A DNA stretch of 64,000 nucleotides from a virus, in the IMG/VR virus record IMGVR_UViG_3300045988_133811, positions 72,790-136,789 of that record. The stretch is one strand, 5' to 3'. The position numbers and the translations under genes are program-made. The notes under the pieces were generated by a model. It did not search any database and was not told where the DNA came from. It saw only the letters and a list, made by a program, of their open reading frames with translations. Position 1 is the stretch's first letter. Every line of letters starts with the position of its first letter. Shown here piece after piece: positions 35,958-43,741 of the stretch.

Positions 35958-36278
35958 ATGAATTACAATCTAACATTTCCTGTCGTAGTTCTAAAAGATG
36001 AAAATGACTCGGTTCCATATATGGCATATATCCCATATTTTGACGTAATGACGCAGGGATATGATGAAGAAGAATTGCAGATGATGGTCAAAGATTTGTT
36101 GAATCTTTGCTTAGAAGATAAGGAATCTTACACAATTCCTGCATGGGCATATAGTTATTTCAATGAAGACGATGTTAAGGAACGAGGCAGAAAATATTTT
36201 ACAGAACTTGATGACGGAGACGATACATATTTTCAGAAGAATTTTTACACAGTATGGTGGTTTGATTTTAGGAGATAG
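35958..36278 (+). CDS. Hypothetical protein (106 aa)
   Basis: Start 5 nt after the previous stop. Confidence 0.5.
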   Translation: MNYNLTFPVVVLKDENDSVPYMAYIPYFDVMTQGYDEEELQMMVKDLLNLCLEDKESYTIPAWAYSYFNEDDVKERGRKYFTELDDGDDTYFQKNFYTVWWFDFRR

Positions 36279-36303
36279 TAGTAGACAGAAAGGAGTTGTT
36301 GAT

Positions 36304-36570
36304 ATGCAGATTTTAAATCTTTCCAAAGAAGATAGTGAGGCGATCATTAGATTGGATGCAACAGAGCTAACAACATTATGTAACGCATTGTATTATTGCA
36401 GAAAAGAAATGGTCAAAAACGAAACATATCATAAGATTTATGGGGATTTGACAATGGCACGAAACTTCGCATCGTATGGACACATAGATGATTTTGCATT
36501 TAATGTGGTCGAAAAACAAAGAAGGTATCTCAGAAAAATAGAAAGAGATCGAAGAAAAGGAGAAAGATAA
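36304..36570 (+). CDS. Hypothetical protein
   Basis: Track frame 36163..36570; ATG 36304 after the RBS gaaaggagttg. Confidence 0.5.
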   Translation: MQILNLSKEDSEAIIRLDATELTTLCNALYYCRKEMVKNETYHKIYGDLTMARNFASYGHIDDFAFNVVEKQRRYLRKIERDRRKGER

Positions 36571-36571
36571 A

Positions 36572-36754
36572 ATGGACGTTTTGTTTTACATAATTTGGGT
36601 ATTGGCGTTTATGGTAATTGCAGCGATCGGCATTGGAGTACCATATATGACCTATTACAATTACAAAAGAATTAAGGCAATGGATAAGAAACTTACGGGT
36701 ATGTGCACAGGTCTTGGCATTATGTTAAGACCAGAAGAAGGTGATGAAGAATGA
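36572..36754 (+). CDS. Small membrane protein (60 aa)
   Basis: TM helix FYIIWVLAFMVIAAIGIGV. Confidence 0.45.
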   Translation: MDVLFYIIWVLAFMVIAAIGIGVPYMTYYNYKRIKAMDKKLTGMCTGLGIMLRPEEGDEE

Positions 36755-37059
36755 AAGATATGAGAAATAATCCAATTGAAAATGGAAATCTGTGTTTTAG
36801 ATCAAGAATGGTAAATGGAAAAACATTGATGGGATATGCATTAGTTATCTCAAACAAGTTGTTTTGGAAAGACGGATGGAATAACTATATTTCTAGTCAC
36901 GACAAACTTAATTCTAAGCAAGTAGTTGTTATCGAACACCTAAATGATGATGAAAAGAAAATGAGAAAAGAGTGGTTAGAGTTTATGGCAACAACAAAAT
37001 CAAAAAAGGTTAAAGATGAAGATAAAGAAATCGTAAAAGGATTACTGAGTGAAATGTAA
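36751..37059 (+). CDS. Hypothetical protein (102 aa)
   Basis: Overlapping start ATGA. Confidence 0.5.
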   Translation: MKDMRNNPIENGNLCFRSRMVNGKTLMGYALVISNKLFWKDGWNNYISSHDKLNSKQVVVIEHLNDDEKKMRKEWLEFMATTKSKKVKDEDKEIVKGLLSEM

Positions 37060-37094
37060 AATCTGAGTTTTATGTAAAGAGAGGATGATGAGAA

Positions 37095-37679
37095 ATGAGT
37101 TGGTGGACATATGTAAAGGGATTTGTTGAAGTTAGACCATTTGGAAGAACACAAGCAGAGGAAAGATACATACTTGAAACTGCATTGAATCATTTGCCTA
37201 GAGTAACAGGGTCTGAAAGCGATATGAATATACATATAGTTCAAAAAGCAGGATATGATATGAGCGATTCATGTAATGAATTTGAACAACGAACTCATTT
37301 GGGAAATGGTAGAAGAGGAAATTTCGAAACACAGGGAACATATTATTTGTTAGTCGAAGGCAGTTTGCGAGACAGAGAATTTCAAGAAACATATAGAGAA
37401 TTACAAAAATGGCTATGTCGGCTTGCTAAAAGAGTTAGTGTCCAAGATGTAATAATTGAGGTCAAAGCATGGAACAGAAATAAACTTATTAGAAATGATA
37501 AAGGAATTTATACTCAAATGCTCGAAGATGTTAGTTGGATAAACAAGAATAGCATTAATTGGTGCGAATATCTAATGTGGAAACCTTATGGAACACATAG
37601 AATGGTTGGTTATCCTGAGAAGCTTGTAGAAAAATATTATCCAGAGATATACAAGAAAGAAAAGGAGTATGAGGAATGA
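37095..37679 (+). CDS. Hypothetical protein (194 aa)
   Basis: RBS agagaggatgatg. Confidence 0.55.
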   Translation: MSWWTYVKGFVEVRPFGRTQAEERYILETALNHLPRVTGSESDMNIHIVQKAGYDMSDSCNEFEQRTHLGNGRRGNFETQGTYYLLVEGSLRDREFQETYRELQKWLCRLAKRVSVQDVIIEVKAWNRNKLIRNDKGIYTQMLEDVSWINKNSINWCEYLMWKPYGTHRMVGYPEKLVEKYYPEIYKKEKEYEE

Positions 37680-38014
37680 TAAATATAGTTGCGATTATAT
37701 TAGGAACGATTGTTGGTAACATTATTGGTAACGAAATATTTGATAGTTTGTATCGAAAAGATAAACGTGTTAGTGATTTTCACAAGGATAATGATGTATC
37801 ACTGCGTACTCGGACAGAAAATGATATGAAGCAATTAGATATGATGTTTGATGATCAGGTTATTAGGATATTAAGAGATATTCAAAACCATTGGTTACCT
37901 GAAAGACCAATAATATACGGAGATGATCGTATGTATACAGAGTCACAATACCAGGCAGAAAAGATGCATCAGGCTATTGACGATGCCGTTACTGTGTTAT
38001 TAGAAAAAATGTAA
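37676..38014 (+). CDS. Hypothetical protein with N-terminal TM (112 aa)
   Basis: Overlapping start; IVAIILGTIVGNIIG. Confidence 0.5.
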   Translation: MINIVAIILGTIVGNIIGNEIFDSLYRKDKRVSDFHKDNDVSLRTRTENDMKQLDMMFDDQVIRILRDIQNHWLPERPIIYGDDRMYTESQYQAEKMHQAIDDAVTVLLEKM

Positions 38015-38029
38015 AGTGAGGTAATTAAT

Positions 38030-38350
38030 ATGGGAGCCAATATTGAGTTTGCCATTGGCTATGCGATCGGGTTTTGTATTGTTGGAGTGATTGTATTCCT
38101 GAGATACGAAAGAAAGATGGATCGGATGAGGCAGACAAATGTAAATCTGATCTTAGATAAGATGTCGTTCATGGCTGACGCAAGCGACAAAGAAAATGAT
38201 ACATATCATAAGGAAGAAACTCGTTCAGATGTTAAGGACGCAGTGAAGTATGCAATGAAGAAAAGTCATCCAGACAATGGTGGCAGTGCAGATGATTTTC
38301 GAAAATTTAGAGAGCTTTATGAAGAAATGGAAGGTAAGGCTAATGACTAA
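38030..38350 (+). CDS. Membrane-anchored J-domain (DnaJ-like, HPD motif) protein
   Basis: N-terminal TM FAIGYAIGFCIVGVIVFL; C-terminal VKYAMKKSHPDNGGSADDFRKFRELYEEM matches the J-domain helix II-III with HPD. Confidence 0.55.
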   Translation: MGANIEFAIGYAIGFCIVGVIVFLRYERKMDRMRQTNVNLILDKMSFMADASDKENDTYHKEETRSDVKDAVKYAMKKSHPDNGGSADDFRKFRELYEEMEGKAND

Positions 38351-38528
38351 ACAAGAATCATTGAAGTTTTTACAAAGTTTGATTGATGAAGTAGAAAATT
38401 GGACAAAAGAAGATATTGAACGAGCGCAGAAGTTGATGGAGAAAATAGATAAAGAAGAGCCAAAAGAAGTTGAAAATAGTGATGGGTATTGGGAATTTAT
38501 AATGCCAGATGGCAAAGGAGTGAAGTAG
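38343..38528 (+). CDS. Small acidic hypothetical protein (61 aa)
   Basis: Track frame 38277..38528; ATG 38343 overlapping the upstream stop (ATGACTAA), RBS ggaagg. Confidence 0.45.
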   Translation: MTKQESLKFLQSLIDEVENWTKEDIERAQKLMEKIDKEEPKEVENSDGYWEFIMPDGKGVK

Positions 38529-38530
38529 AT

Positions 38531-40162
38531 ATGGCTAAAAAACAAGACGATAATACAATGACAATTACAAGGAAGATCACGTTAATTCCTGTCGCAAGCG
38601 AGCGAAAAGAGTGGAAGAAAAGAATTGATGCTTTCTTAGAAAAAGATTTTCCAAGAAAAATTGAAGCAAAGAAGAAACAGATTAAGAACACAAGTAAACC
38701 TGAAAGAGTAGATGGGTATAAACAACAACTTGCAGAATTAGAAAAGCAATATAAAGATTTCAAAGAAAATGGGATTAAAGAATACACTCATAAAATGGCG
38801 AGTGATTATACATATGATATTGTAAGAAGGGCAATGGAGAGTGAAGCAAGACGAAAGAACTATATTTTATCTTATATATATACAAAAATGATACAAGACG
38901 AAGTGGCAAATTTACCGACTCTTACAGAAAAGAATAAATGGGTGAGCACCAATGTAAAAGAGTGTTACCGTAAAGCAGGTAATAAGAATGGTAGTATCTT
39001 TACAAATGTTGACATTGATAATCCATTAGCAGGATATGGATCTGATTTCGGTCAAGCATTTACAAGAAAAATTAAAAAATTAATCAAAGACGGCATACTG
39101 GAAGGAAATGTTTCTGTGCCGAATTATAAATTAGATTCTCCTTTTGCTTTAAGCAATCAAAATTTTGGTATTTTTACAGATTGTGAAAATATAACAGAAT
39201 TAAAAAAGAATATTGGTAAGCCTACATATCCAGTATATGTGTGTTTAGGCAAGCATGGTCTTCCAACGATTGCTAAATTCAAGATTAATTTTGGACATAA
39301 ACAAAATAAGAATAAGGCAGAATTAATTTCAACAATTATTAAGATTCTTACAGGAGAGTATTCGGTTGGCGGAAGCACATTCGGTATTGATGACGATAAA
39401 ATAGAAATGAATTTAAGTATAACAATGCAGAAACAAAAAATGGATTTAGATGAAAATACTGTTGTTGGCGTTGACTTGGGACTTGCTGTTCCTGCCGTAT
39501 GTGCTTTAAATAATAACGAATACGACAAACAATATATCGGAAGTGGGAATGATTTTGTTACAAGAAGAACAAAATTTCAAAATGAATATACACAGTTACA
39601 AAAAGCTTTAGAATTGGCAAAAGGTGGACATGGAAGAAAAAGAAAATTATTAGCTTTAGAAAGGCTAAAAGAAAAAGAAAAGAATTTTGTTGATACATAT
39701 TGCCATCGAGTTAGTAAAAAAGTTGTTGATTATGTAATCAAACATAGAGCAAAATATATCAACATAGAAAATTTAAAAGGGTATGATTCAAGTGAATTTG
39801 TTTTAAGAAATTGGAGTTTTTATAAGCTACAGCAATATATTACATATAAAGCGGAACAATGTGGAATCATAGTTAGAAAAATCAATCCGTCATTTACATC
39901 TCAAGTGTGTAGTTTTTGTGGGCATTGGGAAGAGGGGCAAAGAAAAGATCAGGCAACATTTAAATGCAAGAATCCTAATTGTAAAAGTCACAAATTATAT
40001 ACTGTAAACGCAGATTATAATGCGGCTAGAAACATCGCAATGTCAACACAATTTACAGACGATAAATTTAAATGTTCAAAAGAAACGATTCAAGATGCGG
40101 CAGATTATTATGGAATCGTCTTAGAAGATGATAAAAATAATGATAATAAAAAAGCTGCTTAA
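38531..40162 (+). CDS. Compact TnpB/Cas12-like RNA-guided nuclease candidate (RuvC-I/II/III + C-terminal zinc finger), 544 aa
   Basis: Track frame 38489..40162; start at the ATG 38531 after the RBS aaggagtg. RuvC-I VVGVDLGLAVPAVCAL, RuvC-II YINIENLKG, zinc finger CSFCGH...CKNPNCKSH, RuvC-III TVNADYNAARNIAM. This is the canonical TnpB/Cas12f C-terminal architecture. The N-terminal 330 aa has no recognised motif. Confidence 0.75.
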   Translation: MAKKQDDNTMTITRKITLIPVASERKEWKKRIDAFLEKDFPRKIEAKKKQIKNTSKPERVDGYKQQLAELEKQYKDFKENGIKEYTHKMASDYTYDIVRRAMESEARRKNYILSYIYTKMIQDEVANLPTLTEKNKWVSTNVKECYRKAGNKNGSIFTNVDIDNPLAGYGSDFGQAFTRKIKKLIKDGILEGNVSVPNYKLDSPFALSNQNFGIFTDCENITELKKNIGKPTYPVYVCLGKHGLPTIAKFKINFGHKQNKNKAELISTIIKILTGEYSVGGSTFGIDDDKIEMNLSITMQKQKMDLDENTVVGVDLGLAVPAVCALNNNEYDKQYIGSGNDFVTRRTKFQNEYTQLQKALELAKGGHGRKRKLLALERLKEKEKNFVDTYCHRVSKKVVDYVIKHRAKYINIENLKGYDSSEFVLRNWSFYKLQQYITYKAEQCGIIVRKINPSFTSQVCSFCGHWEEGQRKDQATFKCKNPNCKSHKLYTVNADYNAARNIAMSTQFTDDKFKCSKETIQDAADYYGIVLEDDKNNDNKKAA

Positions 40163-40166
40163 GTAT

Positions 40167-40309
40167 TTGGTGTGTTTTGGAGGGAGTGCCGAACTCCCTC
40201 AACCATAAATAAAATGGTTACGCCAAAAGTGAGGAGAAATCACTCACTAAAATTTGTGTAATGAGACAGAATGTAAAGTTTTGCATTGTATACATAATTA
40301 AGATTTGAG
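40167..40309 (+). ncRNA. tracrRNA-like structured scaffold, copy 1 (starts at the nuclease stop codon)
   Basis: tttggtgtgttttgg + GC hairpin ggagggagt-gccga-actccctc + hairpin aaccat-aaataaa-atggtt + acgccaaaagtgagg-agaaat-cactcactaaaat + anti-repeat atttgtgtaat, ending in atttgagg at the repeat junction. Confidence 0.6.
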
Positions 40310-40411
40310 GTTTTAGAACCATTCAAAATTACACAAATACAAAACAAAAGAACGGCTTGTATGAATTTTCTCCGTGTTTGAGAATCATTGAAAATTACAC
40401 AAATAAAATAC
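40310..40411 (+). CRISPR. Mini CRISPR-like array 1: two related 36-nt repeats (about 30/36 identical) flanking one 30-nt spacer
   Basis: gttttagaaccattcaaaattacacaaatacaaaac | aaaagaacggcttgtatgaattttctccgt | gtttgagaatcattgaaaattacacaaataaaatac. Confidence 0.55.
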
Positions 40412-40547
40412 ATGGCATGTTTTGGGAAATTTTATTCCAATTAAAATTTCTGGTCATGGAATTGTGGCTATGCCAAAAGTGAGACCGTAAGGTACTCACT
40501 AAAATCTATGTAAATTAGGTAACAAAAATTGGACAAAAGAATTTGAG
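40412..40547 (+). ncRNA. tracrRNA-like structured scaffold, copy 2
   Basis: catggcatgttttggg + AT hairpin gaaatttta-ttccaa-ttaaaatttc + ...gctatgccaaaagtgag-accgtaaggta-ctcactaaaat + anti-repeat ctatgtaaattaggta + atttgagg junction. Same architecture as copy 1 with base-pair-preserving changes. Confidence 0.6.
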
Positions 40548-40715
40548 GTTTGATACCTATTTAATTTTACATAGGTACAAAACCGATCGAAGAAAAATTT
40601 AAGGAAAAGGGGAGTTTGATACCTATTTAATTTTACATAGGTACAAAACGTGATTACAGTAATGCAGTGTCAGAATGTGGTTTGATACCTATTTAATTTT
40701 ATGTTATTAGCTCAA
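40548..40715 (+). CRISPR. CRISPR array 2: 36-nt repeat gtttgatacctatttaattttacataggtacaaaac, two perfect copies plus a degenerate terminal copy; two 30-nt spacers
   Basis: Repeats at 40548-40583 and 40614-40649 are identical. Terminal copy 40680-40715 matches the first 22 nt. Spacers cgatcgaagaaaaatttaaggaaaagggga and gtgattacagtaatgcagtgtcagaatgtg. The repeat has an internal palindrome tacctat/ataggta. Confidence 0.8.
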
Positions 40716-40735
40716 TAAAAGAAAAATTTTAAAAT

Positions 40736-40860
40736 ACTTGGTGTGTTTTGGGAATATATATGAAATATTCTGCTCAAATAGTATTGAGTACGCCAAAAGT
40801 GAGGCTTATTATAGCACTCACTAAAATCTATGTTATTTTGTCGGATTTATGTTATTTGTG
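40736..40860 (+). ncRNA. tracrRNA-like structured scaffold, copy 3
   Basis: cttggtgtgttttggg + hairpin gaatat-atatgaa-atattc + ...gagtacgccaaaagtgagg-cttattatag-cactcactaaaat + anti-repeat ctatgttatttt. Confidence 0.6.
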
Positions 40861-40957
40861 GTTTGACAGCTATTAAAAATAACATAGGTACAAAACCTCA
40901 AAAAAGGCAGTATCTGTGGTAGGGTGCTGCTTGGCAATCATTAAAAATAACAAAATC
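40861..40957 (+). CRISPR. Mini CRISPR-like array 3: 36-nt repeat gtttgacagctattaaaaataacataggtacaaaac + 30-nt spacer + degenerate repeat
   Basis: Shares 5' gtttga and 3' ataggtacaaaac with the array-2 repeat. Spacer ctcaaaaaaggcagtatctgtggtagggtg. The following ctgcttggcaatcattaaaaataacaaaatc keeps only the central attaaaaataac block. Confidence 0.5.
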
Positions 40958-40970
40958 TAAAGGAATAAAA

Positions 40971-41138
40971 ATGAAATCAAGACGACAACGTAAACAGGAA
41001 ATAAAACGATTCTTTGATCGGTTGAGTCCGCAGGAATTGGACGCACTGTTAGAAAGAAATGGAATCAATGATAAAGAGTCAAAAGAGGCTCTTTCATATA
41101 GAATTATTAAAGAAGAAATTGAGAAAGGAGAGATATAA
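40971..41138 (+). CDS. Small basic/acidic hypothetical protein (55 aa; below the ORF-track threshold)
   Basis: ATG 40971 after aaggaataaaa; MKSRRQRKQEIKRFFDRLSPQELDALLERNGINDKESKEALSYRIIKEEIEKGEI; stop overlaps the next start (TAATG). Confidence 0.45.
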   Translation: MKSRRQRKQEIKRFFDRLSPQELDALLERNGINDKESKEALSYRIIKEEIEKGEI

Positions 41139-41449
41139 TGAACCACTTCTTATATATTGAATCACGGGAAGAAGAGAATACATCCCTCGATTCTAAACGT
41201 GTTTTATTAAATGAAGAAAATTACAAACATATTATTTCATCATTAGATCATTATCCACCGACGGCAGATGAAGTTAAGAGAGCAATTTGTATTTTGATAG
41301 GACGATTGATCTATAGAAGCGTTTGGAATATGGAATCTGATATTGATAGTTTAAATATGAGTTTATCCCCGCCAAAAGAAATGACGGTTGCAGAAATCGA
41401 AAAAGAACTCGGTCATAAAGTAAAAATTGTAGAGGAGAAAGAAGAATGA
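41138..41449 (+). CDS. Hypothetical protein (103 aa)
   Basis: RBS gaaaggagagat. Confidence 0.5.
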   Translation: MNHFLYIESREEENTSLDSKRVLLNEENYKHIISSLDHYPPTADEVKRAICILIGRLIYRSVWNMESDIDSLNMSLSPPKEMTVAEIEKELGHKVKIVEEKEE

Positions 41450-42399
41450 AATGTTTTTATCACGTTGATCAAGACGGAATTGTATCTGGTTTTTACGTTA
41501 GAAAAGCTTGTGAACAGCGAGGTTTAGCATTTGAACCAGAGGACTTCCGAAAAATTAATTACGGCATGAAATTCCCGTTTCATGACATTGAGCAGGATGA
41601 ATTTGTGTTTATTGTAGACTACAGTATTGAGCCAGAAGAGATGTGGCAGTTGCTCAGTATTACAAAGAATGTATTTTGGATCGACCATCATCAGTCTACG
41701 ATTGAAGCGTATAAAGATTTCAAGTGTGATGTAAAAGGAATCAGAATTACTGGAGCGGGTATTTCAGGAGCGAATTTGACATGGTTATATTTTAAATATA
41801 TGTGTGATGAAAATTGGGAGCAAATTGAGAGGACGGATGAGAAAAATGTAAAAAGATTACTCAATATATATAAATATAAAGCAGATTATCCAAAACTGGC
41901 AGAATATACAGCCATGTGGGATACATTTTATTTTGGTGAAACGTCAAAACAATTCGTAAAAGCATTTCACTATGCATTTGAATCGTATGATTTTGATGCG
42001 TTAAGTCCATTGCTAAACACGTTAAATAAAGATCAAGGAATTTATGAAGCAGCAAAAATTATTGGTGATATGATAGCAGATGGCTTATCAATTATTGAGT
42101 ATTTAGCAGCAAATGCAGAACAATATCTTAGAGCATATGGTTTTGAAACCATATTTGAGGGACATAAAGTCTATGCAATCAACCGAGCATTAATCAATTA
42201 TGATTTCTTTGAATCTATTGATGCTTCTAAATATGATATGTTCATTGGTTTTTCGTTCAATGGAAGTATGTGGGAATATCAGTTGCGATCCGCAGAACAG
42301 GATAAAGTAAATGTGTATGAGCTTGCTGTGAAATATGGTGGCGGTGGTCATCCAAATGCAGCTGGGTTCAGAAGTGATAAGTATGTGTTAGGAGTGTGA
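41446..42399 (+). CDS. DHH/DHHA1-family phosphoesterase (NrnA-like)
   Basis: FYHVDQDGIVSG (DxD), FWIDHHQST (DHH), GGGHPNAAGF (DHHA1 GGGH motif). Confidence 0.7.
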   Translation: MKCFYHVDQDGIVSGFYVRKACEQRGLAFEPEDFRKINYGMKFPFHDIEQDEFVFIVDYSIEPEEMWQLLSITKNVFWIDHHQSTIEAYKDFKCDVKGIRITGAGISGANLTWLYFKYMCDENWEQIERTDEKNVKRLLNIYKYKADYPKLAEYTAMWDTFYFGETSKQFVKAFHYAFESYDFDALSPLLNTLNKDQGIYEAAKIIGDMIADGLSIIEYLAANAEQYLRAYGFETIFEGHKVYAINRALINYDFFESIDASKYDMFIGFSFNGSMWEYQLRSAEQDKVNVYELAVKYGGGGHPNAAGFRSDKYVLGV

Positions 42400-42402
42400 T
42401 GT

Positions 42403-43206
42403 ATGTCAAGGAAAAATACAAGAGAATTTGAACTTGCTTTTAGTAAAAATAGAGACCCAGATTGGGAAGCCGATGTAGAGATTTATGGAAAAAGAAAGTT
42501 CGAAGTAGTGCGTGGTATTTGTCTGGGAGATGAGTTTGCTGAAATTGAGTCTTTAGAATACAAAAATTGTGACGAGTTAGATGAAATGTATTATCGTTTT
42601 GATTATAATTTAAAAATACTTATGCAGTCTTATTTGTATGAATATACAGATTATGTGCCAATCGAAACAATGCATATTACATCTCCTGCAATATTGTGTT
42701 GTGATGAAATTGTATTAAAAAACGGTGAGAAAATTTCTATTGATAACATATGTATTGATAAATCAAATGGCAATGAAGTTTATAAATTATATTCTAATAG
42801 TACATATACAGATGATGTATATTATGAATCTACTAAAGCATTAGTTTATGAATTGGCTAGTAAAGATGTTTGCAAGGCTATACATATAATGAAAGATATG
42901 ATGGACAAAGCGTATATAAAAGCAAGAAATGAACGAAGCATACATCCTTTTATTAGCCACTTGTTTAACGACCCTCCAATTCCATGTATTAAAAATAAAT
43001 ATTCTATACATGATTTAGTAATGGGTACATTAAAATGCAGTGGTGATATTTATAAAGAAATAAACAAAGAAGTCCCAAATGCTATAGATATGATTGTGCC
43101 TCATCCTGGAAGACATGCAGAGTATTATTTTGGGTTAGATTATACAGATGAAGTAGAGCAATTTATTAAAGAACAGGAGGCTAAGAAATGTGAAGAAACT
43201 AAATGA
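42403..43206 (+). CDS. Hypothetical protein (267 aa)
   Basis: Start 4 nt after the upstream stop. Confidence 0.55.
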   Translation: MSRKNTREFELAFSKNRDPDWEADVEIYGKRKFEVVRGICLGDEFAEIESLEYKNCDELDEMYYRFDYNLKILMQSYLYEYTDYVPIETMHITSPAILCCDEIVLKNGEKISIDNICIDKSNGNEVYKLYSNSTYTDDVYYESTKALVYELASKDVCKAIHIMKDMMDKAYIKARNERSIHPFISHLFNDPPIPCIKNKYSIHDLVMGTLKCSGDIYKEINKEVPNAIDMIVPHPGRHAEYYFGLDYTDEVEQFIKEQEAKKCEETK

Positions 43207-43741
43207 TGAACAGCGAAAGCTGATTGAAGATAATTATTCTTTGATTTGGCATTTGCATGAGAAGTATTTTACAAAATTTAAAGATTTTGATACATATATG
43301 GATCTTGGTCGTATGGCAATTTGCAAAGCAGCATTAAAATGGGATGAGTCTAAAGGTAATTTTGGGACGTATTTTAGATGGGTATTACAGTCAGAAATTA
43401 ATAAATATTATATAAAATGGCATAGCCCAACAGAGAAAATGAACAGAAATGCGGAATCATTAGATGCACCTGTTGACGAAAGAGTTGACGCAGAAGAATT
43501 AACAATTGGTAGTTTGCTTGTGAGTAACGATGACATAGAGAGTCAAGCACTAACAACAGTATATTATCAAGGAGAATTTAACAAATTATCAGACAAGCAG
43601 AAGAAAATTATATATATGTTACTTGATGATATTGAGCATAAATACATAGCCAAAGAATTTGGAAAGAGTATTCAATGGGTAAGTTGGCAACTTGGTAATA
43701 TTAAAAAAATAATGCATAGGGCAAAGGCGGTGAGATCATGA
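43190..43741 (+). CDS. Sigma-70 family (ECF-like) sigma factor
   Basis: Region 2-like DLGRMAICKAALKWDESKGNFGTYFRWVLQSEINKY and region 4-like LSDKQKKIIYMLLDDIEHKYIAKEFGKSIQWVSWQL. Confidence 0.65.
   Translation: MKKLNDEQRKLIEDNYSLIWHLHEKYFTKFKDFDTYMDLGRMAICKAALKWDESKGNFGTYFRWVLQSEINKYYIKWHSPTEKMNRNAESLDAPVDERVDAEELTIGSLLVSNDDIESQALTTVYYQGEFNKLSDKQKKIIYMLLDDIEHKYIAKEFGKSIQWVSWQLGNIKKIMHRAKAVRS

Noticed and set aside
38489-38530. Upstream in-frame ATG (MGIYNARWQRSEVD...) as the start of the TnpB/Cas12-like gene
   Set aside because: It overlaps the preceding gene and has no RBS. ATG 38531 has a strong aaggagtg SD at the correct spacing.
40179-40219. GC-rich hairpin ggagggagt...actccctc after the nuclease stop as a simple transcription terminator
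   Set aside because: No T-run follows. The same position in scaffold copies 2 and 3 holds structurally equivalent but AT-rich hairpins. It is better explained as a conserved stem of the guide-RNA scaffold.
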